Below are positions 59,955 to 64,000 of a stretch of 64,000 nucleotides of DNA, one piece after another. The translations under genes were made by a program, and so were the position numbers. Origin of the DNA: a virus. Below the pieces are notes generated by a model. The model saw nothing but the letters and a program-made list of their open reading frames with translations. It had not been told where the DNA came from and made no database searches. Each line of letters opens with the position of its first letter. Position 1 is the first letter of the stretch. The stretch lies in IMG/VR virus record IMGVR_UViG_3300042547_000432; one strand, given 5' to 3'.

Positions 59955-62072
59955 ATGGCAAATAGATACCCATTAATTGCCAACGCTGTTACAAGACAAT
60001 TAGAAGAAGTTAAAACAGGTGATAGTTTAAATCTCGCACAAACTGGAATTTTTGATGGAACCAGTACAGGATTGGCTGGTTATGTTCTAACTTCAACTGG
60101 TTCAACTGTATCATGGCAGGCACCATTATCAACGGAACAAGTCCAAGATATTATTGGTGACATGGTTTCTGTAAACACAGAAACTAATATATCAGTAACT
60201 TATGATGACGCAAATGGAAAACTAAATTTTTCTGTTCCAACAGCAACAACAACAATCGCTGGAGCAGTAAAACCAGATGGTTCAACGCTAAGTATAGCAC
60301 CTGATGGAACTCTCACCGTAATTGGTGGTGGCGGAAGTAATGTAACAAACTTAGATAGTCTAACTGATGTTCAAATCGGTGGTGTAATCACTGGTCAAAC
60401 TCTACGTTACAATGGCACACAGTTTGTAAACGCAAGCTTATCGTATAATGATTTATCAAACAGACCAGCACTTGCTACAGTAGCGACATCTAGTTCTTAC
60501 AATGACCTGACATTCAAACCTTTCATTCCATCTCTCATCAATGATCTCGCTGATGTGGATGGCACACCTTCAGTTGGTCAAGTTCTAAAATGGAATGGTA
60601 CTGTATGGGCACCAGCAGCTGATTTAACTGGTGGTGGAGGTGGTGGTGGTATCACACTAACAGACCTTTCGGTAACTACAAACGCAGCGGTTGGTGGTGG
60701 TTCATTGTCATATGATAATAATAATGGCACATTCACGTTCACCCCACCAAATCTTTCTGTTTATTTGACAAGTGAAACAAATGCTGATTGGAATGCTACA
60801 ACTGGTGTTGCTCAAATTTTAAACAAACCCACACTATCTGCTGTAGCAACATCTGGTTCATACAATGATCTCTCAAATACACCAACAATTCCAGCAGCAC
60901 AAGTTCCATCTGATTGGTCAGCAACGACAGGTGTTACACGCATCTTAAATAAACCAACTCTTGCTACTGTAGCAACATCTGGTTCATACAATGATTTAAC
61001 GAATAGACCAAGTTTAGCAACCGTAGCAACCAGCGGTGAATACGCTGATTTGGCAAACAGACCAAGCCTAGCATCCGTTGCTATCTCAGCATCATACAAT
61101 GACCTTGTAGATCAACCAGTTATCCCAGCAGCACAAGTTCCTTCTGATTGGAATGCTAATACTGGTGTGTCGAGAATCTTAAACAGACCATCACTATCAA
61201 CCGTTGCCACAACAGGAGATTATTTTGATTTAGCAAATCGCCCAACACTATCCACTGTATCAGCAACTGGTTCATATAACGACTTATTGAATAGACCAAC
61301 ACTATCAACTGTTGCTATCACTGGTTCTTATAATGATCTGACAAATAGACCAACATTAGTTACTGCCCTCAGTGCTCTAACAGATGTAACAATAACATCA
61401 CCAATATCTAATCAAACCATTCGTTACAATGGAATTCGCTGGGTAAACGTCACCGATAACTTTATTGGAAGAGATGGAGTATCTGTATCAACTGCAACTG
61501 CTTCTGGTGGCGGCAGTTTATCATACAACAGTACAAATGGTGTATTTACCTTTACACCACCCAACTTAAGTAGTTATCTGACTGGTATTGGTTCATTATC
61601 AATTGACGCTCTGAGTGATGTACAAATTGGCACACCACAAGTTGGACAAACACTAAAATGGAATGGAACTAACTGGTCTCCAGCTGATTCTGCTGGCGGA
61701 AGATCAACAGTATTTGCCAGCACTTCTTCAATAGTAAACGGAGCATCTGAAAACATTACAATTGTCGGATTTAAGTCTTATGCTTTACTGAAGATTCAAA
61801 CTTCAGAAGCAGCATGGGTAACATTATATTCCGATACTGGCAGTAGATTATCCGATGCTTCACGTTCAGAAAATACAGATCCAGCACCAGGAGCAGGTGT
61901 AATCGCTGAAGTTATTCACACGGCAGCTCAAACAACAATCATAACTCCTGGCACAATTGGGTGGAATAATGACACAATACCATCCACGAATATCTACGCT
62001 AAAGTTGTCAATAAAAGTGGTTCAACCACAGCAATTACAGTAACGTTAACAGTTCTACAATTAGAAACCTAA
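59955..62072 (+). CDS. 705-aa repeat-rich tail fibre
   Basis: About eight NRP.L.TVA.SGSYNDL units, three DW.A.TG...IL units, L..L.DV units and two GGGSLSY..NG.FTFTPPNL units. Confidence 0.85.
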   Translation: MANRYPLIANAVTRQLEEVKTGDSLNLAQTGIFDGTSTGLAGYVLTSTGSTVSWQAPLSTEQVQDIIGDMVSVNTETNISVTYDDANGKLNFSVPTATTTIAGAVKPDGSTLSIAPDGTLTVIGGGGSNVTNLDSLTDVQIGGVITGQTLRYNGTQFVNASLSYNDLSNRPALATVATSSSYNDLTFKPFIPSLINDLADVDGTPSVGQVLKWNGTVWAPAADLTGGGGGGGITLTDLSVTTNAAVGGGSLSYDNNNGTFTFTPPNLSVYLTSETNADWNATTGVAQILNKPTLSAVATSGSYNDLSNTPTIPAAQVPSDWSATTGVTRILNKPTLATVATSGSYNDLTNRPSLATVATSGEYADLANRPSLASVAISASYNDLVDQPVIPAAQVPSDWNANTGVSRILNRPSLSTVATTGDYFDLANRPTLSTVSATGSYNDLLNRPTLSTVAITGSYNDLTNRPTLVTALSALTDVTITSPISNQTIRYNGIRWVNVTDNFIGRDGVSVSTATASGGGSLSYNSTNGVFTFTPPNLSSYLTGIGSLSIDALSDVQIGTPQVGQTLKWNGTNWSPADSAGGRSTVFASTSSIVNGASENITIVGFKSYALLKIQTSEAAWVTLYSDTGSRLSDASRSENTDPAPGAGVIAEVIHTAAQTTIITPGTIGWNNDTIPSTNIYAKVVNKSGSTTAITVTLTVLQLET
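60460..61380 (+). repeat. In-frame ~54-bp repeat array within the tail fibre
   Basis: Identical 29-bp CTGTAGCAACATCTGGTTCATACAATGAT at 60841-60869 and 60967-60995. Confidence 0.85.
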
Positions 62073-62073
62073 T

Positions 62074-64000
62074 ATGAACTTAGAAGATATTCTCTTAGAA
62101 AGAGGGTCACGAGAGTCAAATTTAAACACAAATACTATTTCTTGTCACACAAAAGAACAAGATGATAGTGATGCGTTAAGAGAATATGTTGTAACTCTAC
62201 ACAACTTTGATGACTTAGATAACTTTTATGATGAGATGAGAGATGCTACTGGCAACGATTATGTTCCTGATAGATCAGTAGAAAGAACAAACAAAAGACC
62301 CTTGAGTAGAAATACACACTATCTACTGACTAAAGAAGAAGCAGAAAAATTAAAAGAAGATCCCAGGGTATGGGATGTGGATCTTACGATGGAAGAAAAG
62401 GGAGTTGTAGCAGTTCCCCTTGGATCAACATTCATAAACAATGGAGTGTTCGCAAGAAAGTCTGCTGGGTTTTCAAACACTGATTTGAACTGGGGGTTAT
62501 TAGCACACTCAAATCCAGGAGCAGTTTTGGATTTAGATGACGCAGGAACTGATTTTTTAAATAGTTTAGGCGAAGCAAGGTATTCTACTTGGGGTAGTGA
62601 TAGAACTGGAAACGCAACAGCTTCAACAACGATACCTTTCAATGGAGAGAACGTTGACGTGGTTATTGTTGATGATGAAATTCCTATCAATCATCCTGAG
62701 TTCGCAGTAAATTCTGATGGCACTGGTGGCAGTAGAGTTAATCAAATTAACTGGTGGAGTTTATACAGAAATGCTGTTCAGAATATTGATAACGATGTAG
62801 TAGACGCATCCGTTCCAACAACATATAATTATGGAGACTATGGAGATCACGGAACACACGTAGCTGGAACTTGTGTTGGCAATAGATTGGGGTGGGCAAG
62901 AAAAGCAAACATTTATAATCTGTACGCTTACAGCACAACAAAGGTTCCTCCATCATTAATGTATGATCTGCTAAGAGCATTTCATTTAAACAAACCAATT
63001 AATCCAGCAACTGGAAGAAGAAATCCAACCATAACCAACCACAGTTATGGTTATGTTACACTACTTCCCATCACTCAAATAACGCAAGTTAGATATAGAG
63101 GATCAAATATAAACGTTTCTTTTACAAATACTCAATCAGATTTAAATATCCTAAGAGGAACGTATGGTCTTTGGGGAGGATTATATACCACCTTCATATA
63201 TAATAACTACCCAACACAATCATCACAATGGTGTGTTTGGTTGCCAATTAGAGGTGGAATATCGCATCAAGCAGATATTGAAGATGCGATATCAAATGGT
63301 ATTGTTTTTGTATCCGCTGCTGGAAATTACGGTGATACCAGTGTGAGTTCTACGCACCCAGATTATAATAATTCGTTAGTTTATAATTACCAAAGTCAAA
63401 ACAGCACCCAAGTCTATACTGGATTTATAGATTTTTATAAGAGAGGAACAGATCCCGCTGCTGTTCCAGCAGGAATAACCGTAGGAAATATAGATTCAGT
63501 TGCTGCCCTAAAAATGAGCACAACATCACCAGATTCCGAACAAGTGTGGGTAGAATTCAAAGCAAACTCTTCATCCCATGGCAACACATGTGATGTGTGG
63601 GCAGCAGGAACAAATATTCTGTCTTCAGTATACACATCACAAACACTGAAAGATCCAAGAAACAATTCGTTCTCTTTGAATGTGTTGAGTGGGACAAGCA
63701 TGGCATCACCACAAGTAGCTGGTATGATTGCTTGTCTGGCAGAAAGATATCCAAGATTTAAACAATCAGACTTTCTAAATTTATTAAGATACTATGGTTA
63801 TACAGGACCAAATTATAATTATTCAAGAACGTTTCCTGGTTTCTATCACAAACATTATGTTACAAATACAGGGTCAACTTCGTATGAATTTACATCAAAC
63901 GCAGATAGATTGTTTGGGAGAAATGGATCCAATCAAAACTTTGATGTGAGAGTTGGTGAGATCATGGAGTTTTCGGTAAACACTCCTGGTCAACCATTTT
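62074..64000 (+). CDS. Subtilisin-like (S8) serine protease with propeptide-like N-terminus; truncated by the window end
   Basis: Hand-translated in one frame: VDVVIVDD (~62656), HGTHVAG (~62848), GTSMASPQVAG (~63691). Missing from the ORF track because it has no stop. Confidence 0.9.
   Translation, partial: MNLEDILLERGSRESNLNTNTISCHTKEQDDSDALREYVVTLHNFDDLDNFYDEMRDATGNDYVPDRSVERTNKRPLSRNTHYLLTKEEAEKLKEDPRVWDVDLTMEEKGVVAVPLGSTFINNGVFARKSAGFSNTDLNWGLLAHSNPGAVLDLDDAGTDFLNSLGEARYSTWGSDRTGNATASTTIPFNGENVDVVIVDDEIPINHPEFAVNSDGTGGSRVNQINWWSLYRNAVQNIDNDVVDASVPTTYNYGDYGDHGTHVAGTCVGNRLGWARKANIYNLYAYSTTKVPPSLMYDLLRAFHLNKPINPATGRRNPTITNHSYGYVTLLPITQITQVRYRGSNINVSFTNTQSDLNILRGTYGLWGGLYTTFIYNNYPTQSSQWCVWLPIRGGISHQADIEDAISNGIVFVSAAGNYGDTSVSSTHPDYNNSLVYNYQSQNSTQVYTGFIDFYKRGTDPAAVPAGITVGNIDSVAALKMSTTSPDSEQVWVEFKANSSSHGNTCDVWAAGTNILSSVYTSQTLKDPRNNSFSLNVLSGTSMASPQVAGMIACLAERYPRFKQSDFLNLLRYYGYTGPNYNYSRTFPGFYHKHYVTNTGSTSYEFTSNADRLFGRNGSNQNFDVRVGEIMEFSVNTPGQPF

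Noticed and set aside
1-64000. Stop-codon reassignment
   Set aside because: Core genes are full length under the standard code and no suppressor tRNA is present.

Overview
This is a 64 kb segment of a T4-like cyanophage (cyanomyovirus) genome. The call rests on T4 core genes (g32, g33, rnh, g2, g4, g48, g53, g26, g51, g5), TATAAATA late promoters, and cyanobacterial auxiliary genes (psbA, cp12, cpcT/cpeT, speD, phoH, thyX). From left to right: (1) 1-9.75 kb, densely packed small minus-strand genes, including an EndoVII-type nuclease fusion and two 2OG-Fe(II) oxygenases; (2) 9.75-30.9 kb, a late tail module with AT-rich unknowns, a tail-assembly chaperone, three tail-collar proteins and a 3750-aa virion protein; (3) 30.9-32.3 kb, three tRNAs and cpcT; (4) 32.3-49.7 kb, the baseplate/hub module with a two-gene gp5, CP12 and three long hub-associated proteins, two of which carry predicted wall hydrolases; (5) 49.7-59.8 kb, replication and metabolism genes ending in psbA; (6) 59.9-64 kb, a divergent repeat-rich tail fibre and a truncated subtilisin-like protease. 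I see no CRISPR array, integrase, transposase, reverse transcriptase or intron. No single clearly new system is demonstrated. The best leads are a G-quadruplex motif around the psbA -35 box, a cpcT/tRNA-Thr overlap, the EndoVII in-frame fusion, the modular hub lysins with split gp5, and the AT-rich tail-linked unknowns and oxygenases. All protein family calls come from motif recognition by eye, not from database searches.
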